Of a stretch of 64,000 bases of DNA, positions 49,486-60,773 are shown piece after piece (the first letter of the stretch is position 1; the number at the start of each line of letters is the position of its first letter). The position numbers and the translations under genes were made by a program. The notes under the pieces were generated by a model that was given only the letters and a program-made list of their open reading frames with translations, was not told the DNA's origin and ran no database searches. Source of the DNA: Callorhinchus milii (taxonomy: Eukaryota); contig NW_024704742.1 of the NCBI RefSeq assembly GCF_018977255.1, positions 81,532,001-81,596,000 of the forward strand, written 5' to 3'.

Positions 49486-50394
49486 TGCCATTAAACTCTT
49501 TTATGCTTGATTTCAACATCAAGGAAACTCGCACTGTTTTCTGAATTAGCCCAGTTTTTCCACATCAGCCAAAGCTGATGTTAAATCACAAATTTGTGCC
49601 CCGAGGAAAAGTTGGTCAACAGGTAAGAACTTTTTAAAAATGTAATTATTTTAGTTAATTATGTTAATGTTAGAATTTTAAAAACACACTTCGTCCTTTA
49701 ACAAGTGGAATTGACCTAATGATCGGGGTGGGCGGAGGAGTGGAGTGAGGAGGGAGGTGGAAGAAGGCACGCACTAATGTGTTGGATTGTTCTGTCATCT
49801 GTTTGTGTCACACATTTTGGCAACAAGTGGGAAAGCTTTAAAATTAGCACATTGGGTTAAATGAACAATAAAAAGACTGATGATTCAGCAGAAGGTTGGA
49901 GCGTGCTTTGAATGGTTTCAAGGAGCTCATTCATTTTGCAAATTAAAATCTTAACTTGCAGGTCACTCAATCGATTTGTAAACACAGATGTGCAATCAAT
50001 CACAGTGACACTCAATGAGCACACAATTGTAACTGTCAGGTACATAACCACACAAACCTTGATTCATATTCACAAACAATTTCAGCAAACCACAAATTTG
50101 TTTTTAAAATATCCACTGAGATGAAATGAAATTTAACTTTGCAGAATTATATGTTTTTCTAATTTGGGGGTAATCAATTCTAGAAAATTACCAAAATTAC
50201 AGCTTCAAGGAGGAAGTTTCACCATTTGTATCTTAAGAATCAACCCATTGAGTTACTTTTGATTTTTGTTTTCCCTGTAGACCTCTGTTAACATTTATAC
50301 ACATTGTTTAAACTGTAATTTATACTTCCAGTTAGGCGTGAATATAATGTTAAACTGAATAGCTAAAAATATACACTTCGGTTGATGGATTACT

Positions 50395-50805
50395 AATCCT
50401 TGTATCTGATATAGGGCCTTAACATATCGTCAAGACATCTCAAAGAGCTTCACAGGATTTTACTGTGAATTGCAGTGAATGTATATTTTGTGGGCAAATG
50501 TGGCAGCCAATTTACACACATTAATGTCCCACAAACATTTATGAAGTGAATGACCAGTTTTATTTGCGGGATTGTTGCCCAGCGCACCCAGAGAAAGTCC
50601 CTTCTTTTTGAATAGGGCCATAAGATCTTTAATGTCCACCTGAACAGGAAGAAGGGGCCTAATTATCCAATTAATGTTCCATCTGAAGGATGGTACCTCA
50701 GCGGTTCAGCACCCCCCAGCATCTCACTGGAATTCAGTCTACACTGAGAGTTCAAAGTCTCAACATTCTGACTCAGAGGTGAGAGTGCTACCGACTGAGC
50801 CAGGG
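50395..50805 (-). mobile_element. Deu-type SINE
   Basis: Tail, core, and head TCTGACTCAGAGGTGAGAGTGCTACCGACTGAGCCAGG. Confidence 0.82.
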
Positions 50806-50877
50806 TTTGTAAGGAAACATGCAAATGGACCTAAGGGCCTTCTTTAGCTAAACTAATTAGCCTTCTTTAGCTAAACA

Positions 50878-51195
50878 GGAGGCCTGTAGCTCAGTGGCTA
50901 GAGCACTCGGCTCGCAAGTGAGAGATCTGGGTTCGATTCCCAGCAGGGCAAAACTTTGGGCAAATTTCCTTACTCCACACGCCTGATAATCATCCCTCAA
51001 GAAAAAAAATAATAAATTGGTCACTTCAATCCACGACTGTTTGTGGGACACTGCTGTGTGCAGTCGGCTGCCGAGTTTCACCCACTAATATACAGTCAAT
51101 TCACTCTCCAGTATATTCTGTGAAGTGCTTTGAGACGTCTAGAAGACATGAAAAGCGCTATATCAAATGCAAGGATTGTTATTTATTATTATTAT
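50878..51195 (+). mobile_element. Full-length tRNA-headed SINE, short variant
   Basis: Head TAGCTCAGTGG...GGTTCGATTCC; tail. Confidence 0.9.
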
Positions 51196-51292
51196 AATCT
51201 TGTGATCATTGCTGAGGTTAGGGAGCCTATTCCCAATCCCAATGGTTGGCATTTGAGAGCAGCTGAAAACAAGTTCTGTGAAGCTGTGCTTA

Positions 51293-51613
51293 AATAATAA
51301 TAATAATAATCCTTGCATTTGATATAGCGCTTTTCACGTCGGGAGAACGTCCCAAAGCGCTTCACAGAACACACTGTAAAGTGAATTGAATGTATATTTG
51401 TGGGCGAACGCGGCAGCCAATTGCGCACAGCAATGTCCCACAAACAGTCGTAGATTGAAAATGACCAATTTATTATTGTTTTTGGTTTTGGAGGGATTAT
51501 TATTAGGTGTGTGGAGTAAGGAAACTTGCCCAAGGTTTCGCCCTCTGCCTGGAATTGAACTCAGGTCTCTCGCTTGCAAAGCGAGTGCTCTAACCACTGA
51601 GCTACAGGACTCC
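51293..51613 (-). mobile_element. Full-length young tRNA-headed SINE, short variant
   Basis: Reverse complement of the 43299-43618 family. Confidence 0.92.
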
Positions 51614-52041
51614 ACAAATGCTGTCTGCCTCCAAACTCGAACATCAAATTGGGCTTGAGGTGAGACAGCATGCAAGGATGGGGCTGAATCTTTTAAATTC
51701 ACAAATAAGATCAAACCAACATGCAGAAGAATGTTCAGGTCCATTGTTTATATAATAAAACTGTCATTGGGGGATTTATGCACAGTGTGCAGTATTATTG
51801 AATTCAAATATATTCAGTGATTATTGAACGATTCTCTTTTAATATTTCATGGACCTTCAGTTGGAAATCTGTGATGAACATTAGCTCTTTTTTTGATGTA
51901 TGTATAGCCTCAGGTCCTTCACACTTCATTTGCAGTCTACATATTAAAGATCGACTTTCATCACTTTGCTACAACTGGAAATATTGAAAGAAATTACCTT
52001 CTATTATCTGCAATATCGTAGTTATATAATACAATATATGT

Positions 52042-52440
52042 GTCAGCCTGGCACAGTGGTAGCCCTCTCGCCTCTAAGGTTGTGGGCTCAAGTTGCACGC
52101 GGGGACTTGGAATCACATAGTCGAAGCTGACTCTCCAATGCTGTGCTGGAGGAATGTTGCATTGTCAGATGAGACATGAAACCGAGGTCCCTTCTACCTG
52201 TTCAGTTGGGAGCTTGTGCTAAGAGCCCATGATACTTTTCGAAAAGAGAAAGGACTTTCTCCCGGTGTCCTGGCCAACAATCCCCCAAATAAAAGTTGGT
52301 CACTCACTCCATGGCTACTTGTGGGACATTGCTGTGTGCAACTGGCTACCATTTTTTGCCCACAAAATACACAGTCAATCCAATTTACAGCATATCCTGT
52401 GCAGTGGTTTCATGTGATAAGATGCTAAATCAAATTTAAT
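52042..52440 (+). mobile_element. Deu-type SINE
   Basis: GTCAGCCTGGCACAGTGGTAGC head and GATGAGACATGAAACCGAGGTCCC core. Confidence 0.8.
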
Positions 52441-55282
52441 AATCATGTTGGGGGTGTCCCAAATCACTTCAGAATTCTGGTTGGGCACCAGAGCTGAGGG
52501 TGAGAGCTGTTATTTGCATTTGTTTTCTACGGATAGACGGAATGTTTTTATGTTTTTTTAAAAAAAACATCCCTTTTTTTCCTCTTTTCCTTTATTCCTA
52601 CCTTATTTTCAGCTGTATCGTACATTTCCCTTTCTGTTTACTTCATCCTTATAGTTTTTGCACTCTAGCCCTATCCTCTTCTCCTTGTGCTGAGACTGTT
52701 TTAGAGCGGCCCTAACAGAGGCATTTAAAATTAGGAAAGGATTTAATGAGGTGGATGTTGAAAGGTTGGTAGTGAGTTCAAAATGAGAGGGCGTCAATAT
52801 AAGATAGCCAGTGGTAGATCTAATAGGGATTTAAGGAAGACCTTCTTCATGAATAGGGCGTTGAGAATGTTGAGTACAATACAAATTTACATTTAAATAG
52901 CAACTTTCACATTGGAAGGATATCCTAAAGCTATTCACAGCACTGTTCAACAAAGCTGATGTCCTGGCCAACAATCTTCCAGTCTAATTGGTTATTTATC
53001 TCAATTGTTTGCAGGACCTTACTAGCAGGTATGGCTACCAGGTTTGCCTAAAAAATTAGTTACTGCACTTGCCAGCTATTATCTTTGAGATACTGCAGCA
53101 TGATAAGGTGCTGTATAAATGCAAGTTCTTTGTTTCCTGGCAACCTAAGAAAGGCATTCCCACTCACTTCTGACTGAGTGCCATTTTATTGGGGATGGGG
53201 AATAAATTCCTTTAGATTTAGAGAGGTACAAATGAATCCAAATACACAGTCCAATTATATAAAAACTGTTCAACTTATAGTATAAGTCATAAGTGATTGT
53301 CTGTCTGAATGAGTGAAGTGAAAGGAGGATTTTTTCTCAAGATGTTTCATCCTTACTCCTCATCCTTCTGAGGAAAGCTAATTTCCTTTCCAGGTTATAT
53401 AGGGTGATTTACTAGGCCTTGTATGGATTCACTTCTCTATTAGAACACATTATGAAGTGACAATTAAAAAAATTCTGCCTTGCTTTCATTCTGAGAATCA
53501 ATTTTTTATAGATCATTGTTAGCATTGAATTATGTTTGCTGGAACAGACTGCGAGCTATAAGCACAACAACAGAAATCCATAAAGGCCATTTAGTTAGAA
53601 GTTATTAGAGGAGTGAAACAAGGTGTGTTTTGTACTGTGCTCTGATAAGCCTGGTCCACAGGGTTTCCTTAAGCCTCCTGAGATATCTGTGTCTGAAAAC
53701 TTCTACAAAAGGAACCTTGTTTGTTAAATCCAGGAAGGTATCTGGTTTGATAAAGATACGATTGTATGAGCTTTGATGTAAAAATCTTAAATGGAAAGGA
53801 ATTGGTTAGAAAACAACAATCCTTTGGGAGAATGTTGGTGCTTGCAATGTTTTGGATTGAATCCCATTTCATTATTGTTGGATTATCCTGTTATCTAATT
53901 CTACTATATTTGTAATCATGTTACATTCAATTGAAAACTTCATTTCTGCTTTGTGAAGAGCCAGGCAACACACATTGGGAACAAGATAACTAACCATTTT
54001 TAAACTGTTCCATTTGATTTTACTGGCCAAAGCCCATTGACTTCAAAGTCAAAAATCACACCACTAAAACTAATACATCCTTTTTAGAAATAAATTGGGG
54101 GAAATTTCAAATTTATTCAGGAAATATAAAATCAAAGACCTTTAGTTTATCTAATCTGAGACACAATTTATTATGCTTTTCCCATTTGCATGTTGCTGTT
54201 TTGGATTATTTACACAGTTTACTTTAGAAATCAAATCTTGCAATTTTTTATGTTGTCTTTCTGAAAGTACTAACTTTTGTTCTTTCACAAAATTATAAGA
54301 TCAGTTTGAATGAAGAAGGGTATTTGCCTCATCCTGATTTCCTCCCATAGGAATTATAGGTTTGTGGGTCATAGTACCCTGATTAGGTGGCTATTCTTCA
54401 CAGCTGAGCCCAGATGTTAAATGTGCCTCAGAGGTCCAGACATAGAAAGTTTATAGCTCTGAAATAGACCATTCATTACCTGTGTGAGTAATAGCTTCCC
54501 CACAACTGAACTGACATCCCTTATCTCATTCCCTGCTCGTTATACCACTTCCTTTAATATTATTCTTTAAATTTCCTTTAAAATATTGTGATGGACTTGG
54601 CTTCAACAACCATATGTGGTGCTGCTTGTACCAGCAACTTTTGTCAAGTAAAACAACAGGTCCTCTCCAGACTGGTTATCTGTCTGATCCAATTCAACAA
54701 GGGCCTTGAGGTAAGTATTGGAGAAAATGATAATAATGCAAATTATTTCTTGAAAGCAGGCTAAACTTAGTTCTTTAAATTCTACCAAAGGCTATTGTAT
54801 CAGAGGGACTACAATAGCATTTGATGTGGCACCTTTTCACGTCAAAACAATTTACAGTAGTTACTGTTAGGTGTAGTAGCTGTATTTGTAGGTGAACATG
54901 ACAGCTAATTTGCACACAGCAATGTGCCACAAACAACCATGTAGTGAATGACCAATTTTCATTATTTAGGGGAGAAATCCCACAATTTAAGGAATACATT
55001 GAGGTAATTTTTCCCCAGTGTTTTTCATTTGGTGTGGGAAAACAGATGTTGCTTGTGAATAAGTCTCGTTTTCTTTCTGGAGCTTTGCATCATGTATTAC
55101 TGCATGAATACCTTTGGGTTCACTTGGTTGAAGGAGATCAAGTTGCAGATCATCTTGTATTTGTGTTCCCAACTGTAAGGTGAAAAGTTGCTTGCCCACA
55201 GTCCACTGGGAACTCCATGTGTTGTTACGAATCTCATGTTGCACAGCTGTATAAAGCATCATTTTCTTTTATTTTCTCTCAT

Positions 55283-55630
55283 GGAGTCCTGTAGTTTAGT
55301 GGTTAACTGCAGGACTCACCTCACAATCAAGAGGACCTGGGTTCAATTCCCAGGCAGGGCAAAATGTTGGGCAAGTTTCCTTACTCCCCAGGCCTCTTTT
55401 TGCCTAGCAGTAAGTAGGGACCCGGTTGTTAGTCGATTGGTAAATCGCTTTTCCGGGGATAATATACCCTTAAAAAAATGTGATCACCTAATCCATGACT
55501 GTTTGACTGTTTGCTGTGTGCAATTGGCTGTCACATTTCGCACCATAAAATAAACAGTCAATTCACTTTACAGTATATTCTGTGAAGCGCTTTGAGACGT
55601 GATAAGGCTCTATCAAATGCAAGGATTATT
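55283..55630 (+). mobile_element. tRNA-headed SINE, long variant
   Basis: Head, GCCTAGCAGTAAGTAGGGACCCGGTTGTTAG middle segment, tail. Confidence 0.85.
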
Positions 55631-55999
55631 TTTTGTTCCACTAGGCTCTGTAGCTTCACAATCATGCAATGGGTTGTATGAGGCAGTGTTCTGGAAGTCT
55701 GTGTGTCTTTTTGGAGTTGTGGACAGATAAATTACTGGGGGATGAATATGGATTCAATTTTAAAGAATCTGCTCAAACCAAAGGCCATATTGTGCTGGTT
55801 CAAGTGGTGAAAGATGTTTAGCATGTGAGATTTTCAGAACAGTATCCCTAAGAAACACAGGCAGCAATACAATAATAATAATAATAATAATAATAATATC
55901 CAATACATGGACATCCATTGCTCTGCTTAGCAAAGGAAAAACTGATCTATCAGTTATTTTTCAACTGCAAAAATCCTCCTCCACTGAACTGACATCTTA

Positions 56000-56335
56000 A
56001 AACACTGTAAAGAATATACTGTGAAGTGGAGTGAACGTGTTTTGTAGGTAAACAAGGCAGACAATTTGCACACAGCAATGTCTCACAAACAAGCATGAAG
56101 TGAGTAACCAATTTGATTTGGAGGATCATTGGCCAAATTCCCTTCTGTTTTTCAGTAGTGCCACAGGATCTTTAACTTGAACAGGTGTACCCGACCTCAG
56201 CTTAATCTTTCATCCAAAGGATGGCACCTCCAACAATACAGTATACACCCAAAACTGCAATGGAGTGTCAACTTAACCTACATGAGTTCTACATCCTGAC
56301 GCGAGCCTTGAACTCACAATCTCCTGACTCTGCTG
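56000..56335 (-). mobile_element. Deu-type SINE, partial
   Basis: CTCAGCTTAATCTTTCATCCAAAGGATGGCACCTCC core. Confidence 0.7.
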
Positions 56336-56897
56336 CATAATTGCTACAACAAGAACAACAACAATGTGCATTTATATAGCACCCTTTACATGGGGTAGGT
56401 TCCCTGAGCCAGGCTGACGCCCTCATCATCAACATCCCCTCTATCAAACATACTACTGAGTTACGGGATAGCATTTTAAAAGATCCTGACATTGTTGTGT
56501 TGGCTAAAATTCTTCTATGAAAGTACTAGAGGGTTGTTTCTTTGCTGACAGGGTAATTAATGATGGGAACAGGTTTGCCTGGACACTGGACTCATTTAAA
56601 AAGCAGCTTGATGCTTTGATGAGAGGACATAATTTCCTAATGCCTACATTCTATTTCCTAACTCATACATTACTTGATCTGTAATTGCACAAATGGAATT
56701 GGAGGATATTTCCAATTTTTAATTGTTTTAACTATTTTTTATTATTTCCTATTGTTTAAAATCAATGTTTCCAATTATCCTTCATTATATGGATCTGTCA
56801 CAGTACAAAGCATTGAAATCAAAAGTGAGTGCCTCTGTACCTCTCTTATCCAATTGAAAGACCTGATTCTGTTAACATTCCAGATATTTTGTCTTGG

Positions 56898-57250
56898 GGT
56901 TAGAGCACGAGCCTCGCAATCGAGAGACCTGGGTTCTATTCCTGGCAGGGTGAAATGTTGGCCAAGTTTCCTTACTCCACACGCCTCTGTTTGCCTAGCA
57001 GCAGGTATGAACCCGGTTGTTAGTTGATTGGTGCATTGCTTTTCTGGGGATAATAATCCTTAAAAAACAATAATAACGTGGTCACTCAATCCATGACTGT
57101 CTGTAGGACACTGCTGTGTGCAATTGGCTGCCACATTTTGCCCACAAATATACAGTCAATTCACTTTACAGTATATTCTGTGAAGTGCTTTGACACGTCT
57201 CAAAGACATGAAAAGCGCTATATCAAATGCAAGGATTATTATTATTATTA
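56898..57250 (+). mobile_element. tRNA-headed SINE, long variant
   Basis: Head from GGTTAGAGCAC, middle segment, (ATT)n tail. Confidence 0.88.
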
Positions 57251-57639
57251 GGGTGAATGTTCTGGAGCGTTGAGGTCAGATGTGCGAAAGGGCCTTCTTC
57301 ATCTAAACCAGTGGTGACCAATCTATGGCCATCAAGAAAGTTATTAAAATGAGCAAAATGAACAAAAGGCTTTTACAGACATGTTTGCTGATACACAAAC
57401 ATACTGAATAGTTTTAATATAAACTGACAGTTGCAGGGGGACAGGGCAGCTCTGTCATACTGTCATTATGTGCAGGCGCAGTGTGTGTTGGTGAAGATCC
57501 TCATGGCAACAGCACTCCCTAGTAGCCTCAGAAGACCATGCCCACACAGTCACTGCAGATATAGTCACTGAACTCTTTTCTCTTGCAGTTGCAATGCATC
57601 ATGAAATTACTGTATAACATATGGCAGTTTCATCCAGTT

Positions 57640-57990
57640 CTGGTAGAAAGAACAGGAATATCCTTAGATCTTCCTCTCTCCATAGCCAACATCCTCCTCC
57701 CTGCCAACTGTTTGGCCTTACCAGTGCATTACTCTCAAGTATTTCCATATCTTCCAATATTGTTCCCCCACCAGAAAATGATCCAGATTTGTTCAAAAAG
57801 GATTTAATCAGACACTTTCACTGTAAATCTATTTCACATATTCACTGCTCTGGAACAAATATCTTCTAAACTCCAGTCTTATTTGAGGAGTTTTAAATTC
57901 ATACTTCTGCCCTCATGGTCTAAACCAAATAGTTCATCTCTCAGAAGAGATGCACTTGAATGGAGCAATCTGAAATGATCACAAGCCCAA
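57640..57990 (-). mobile_element. Old CR1 3' end
   Basis: UTR-like TGTTTGGCCTTACCAGT and degraded C-terminal coding sequence similar in layout to 11965-12450. Confidence 0.5.
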
Positions 57991-58271
57991 CTAGAAAGTG
58001 CTTCACTCTGTAGTTCTCAGTGTGCAATCTAGGAAGTGGGTAATATGTGGGAGGAAACATTATCCATTTAACAGTAAATTGACTCTCCTTTATGCCCAAG
58101 TTTATCTCATTCCCAGCAGATTACAGATTCATTCCATAGATGCAAGTCTAATTGTAAATCCACCCACCCACACACTCCACCCCAACCCACCATATTTTCT
58201 GGTGCCTGTCCTAAATTTGCTCTTCACAACCCTGAACCTCTGCTCCCTTGTCATGCTCTTGCACATGCGCC

Positions 58272-58372
58272 TTTCCCCCTGCTCGGGTCCTGACCCAACT
58301 GTCCAGCGCCTTGGGACGTCCTCCCGACATGAAAGGCACTCTATAAATGGAATCTTGTTGTTGTTGTTGTTG
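58272..58372 (+). mobile_element. Young L2 3' tail (~100 bp)
   Basis: CCCCTGCTCGGGTCCTGACCCAACTG...(TTG)n. Confidence 0.88.
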
Positions 58373-59064
58373 CACATCATAACTGGGCTTATTGGTTTAT
58401 GTTAAAATACTACAGCACATAAACAGAGTATTTGGAGAGAAGCAGAAACTCTAACCTTTATTTATCCACAGCATGGTGGTTCGGTTGGAGCAAACTCCCC
58501 CAAAAAGCATTTAATGCTGCATCAATTAGCGTTTACTCACCCCATGGCTGTTTATGGGACACTGCTAGGTGAGCAACTGGTTGACATGTTTCGCTCACAA
58601 TATACACAATCAGTTCTTTCACAGTATATTCTATGAAGCACTTTGAGGCATCTCAAAGATGTGATAATGTGCTATATCAAATGCAAGAATAATTATTATT
58701 ATTTATGTTACATCTCCCCCATCGTGCTTGATAGATTCAGCAAAATGAATCACGACAATGATTAAGTTAACTCTTCATGAATCTAAATAATACAGGATGG
58801 ATTGACTGAATTCTCCAGTCGGATAAAAAGATTATCCAGCCTTTGTATCCATCTGTCATTTAAATCTCTCTCGATCTGGAAGATTTAATGAACATTCTGC
58901 CACTTCTGGTGCTAATTGGCCCCTCATCAGCTGATTTACATTCACTAGTACTTTCAGCATTAATTATCAATAGTGACTCGCATTGAAGTTATCCTTCCTG
59001 GATTGTCACCACTCGTATTAGGCAATCTATAGACTCCTGAGTGCAGGTTGCAGCTTCACTATCG

Positions 59065-60180
59065 TCAACAACAACAAATTACATTTGTATAGTGCCTTTC
59101 ACGTCAGGAGGATGTCCTAAGGTGCTGGACAATCAGGTTATTGGACCTGAGCAGGGGTTTGGTGTCAGGGAGGGTAGGCGGATGGCCGAAGGTGCGGTTG
59201 AAGTGGTGTGTCTTGAGATGAGCCTTCGAAGGAGGCAAGGGAGGGAGTAAGGTGAAGGGACTGTGGGATGCAGTTCCAAAGCATGGGGGCAGAGAAACTG
59301 AAGGCCCGACCACCGATGGTAGAATGGGCAGGGTGGGGAATATGGAGCAGGCTGGAATCTGCTGAGCAGAAGGAGTGGACAGGTTGATATGAGATTAGTA
59401 GGTCACAGAAGTAGGAAAAAGTAAGTATGTGGAGGGCCTTGAAGGTGAGGTTGAGGATTTTGAACTGGTAGCCAGTGGAGCTGGGCGAGGGTAGGAGTGA
59501 TAGGGTCATGGAGCCTGGTACGGGAGAAGACATGAGCTACAGAGTTCTGGATGTTCTGCAGGTTATGGAGGGAAGTGTTGGGAAGGCTGACAAGCAGAGA
59601 GTTGATGTAGTTGAGCCCAGATGTAATAAATGCCTGGATGAGGGATTTGGCACCCTGAGGGGAGAGGCAGTGGCAGAGCCTGGAGATGTTGCGGAGGTGG
59701 GGGAAGGCAGAGCAAGTTATGGTACGGTTGTGAGGTACAAAAGACATTTGAAAGCCAAATAAGATGCCAAGGTTCACTGAGGTGGAGTGTGCATCCATGG
59801 ATGGTGATGCTGCCAATGCTTGAGGTGAGGAGGCGCTGACGGGAGCCAATCAGGAGAGCTCGGTCTTGTTGACGTTCAACTGGAGAAAGTTAACTCTCAT
59901 CCAGGACTTGATGTCTGACTGACATTCTGTCAGGACAGCAGTGGTCCTGGAGTCGAGGGTAGAGGCAGAGAGATAGATGTGGCTGTCATCCACGAACATG
60001 TGGAAGTTGACCCCATGTCTGAGGATGATGTCACCCAAGAGGGAGCATGCAGAGGTTGAAGAATAGAGGACCAAGGACAGAGCCCTGAGGAATACTACAT
60101 GAGATGGTGTGGGGCCTGGAGGAGAAGCCGTTTGTGAAGACAAAGTGGAGAAGGTTCGAAGGGTAGGATCTGAAGCATAC
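59065..60180 (-). mobile_element. L2 LINE RT C-terminal half and 3' tail
   Basis: HMFVDDSHIY, LQLNVNKTE, PITPTLAQLHWLP, GGRAFSFSAP, (TTG)n tail. Confidence 0.9.
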
Positions 60181-60454
60181 GTAAGAACAAATATTCACTT
60201 TTCTTTATTGCTGTTATTACATAACATGCCTTAGTCTGAAAGGATTGAATCTTAGACCATGTTACAATTTTGATGACGAGTCATGCTTTAAATGGAATTC
60301 CTTTGGAAATAAGTCTCTTTTTTCTATTGTTTATCAAAAGTGGCTAATATGCAGCAGTCATTAATAGCAGTAGCAAGGGCAAGCATCGGTGTTGTTAATG
60401 ATGCCTGACTCTATCTAAGCTGCCTCGGAGAGGTCAGTATTCCTGCTGTCTTGT

Positions 60455-60773
60455 TATCCGTCCTTTGGATGAAACATTAAGCTGATGTCCTGTTCTGCCT
60501 GTTCAAGTGGACATTAAAGATCCCATGGCATTATTTGAATAGAGAAAAGTGTTTCTCTCTCCCGGTGCCCTGGCGAGCTCCCTCAAAATAAGATTGGTCA
60601 CTCTTTCCATGGCTGTTTGTGGGACATTGCTGTGCTCAAACTGGCTGCCGGGTTTTCCCACTAAATGCACAGTCACTTCACTTTTACAGTATATCCAGTT
60701 AAGTGTTTTGAGACACATTGGTGGTGTGCTAAAGTGCTATATCAAATGCAAGGATTATTATTATCATTATTAT
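60455..60773 (+). mobile_element. Deu-type SINE 3' part; CR1 inserted at its tail
   Basis: GGATGAAACATTAA...AAAGATCCCATGGCATTATTTGAA...(ATT)n. Confidence 0.82.

Noticed and set aside
54987..55262. 91-aa minus-strand ORF with a possible 61-bp exon
   Set aside because: Weak donor site, no recognisable homology, no partner exons found.
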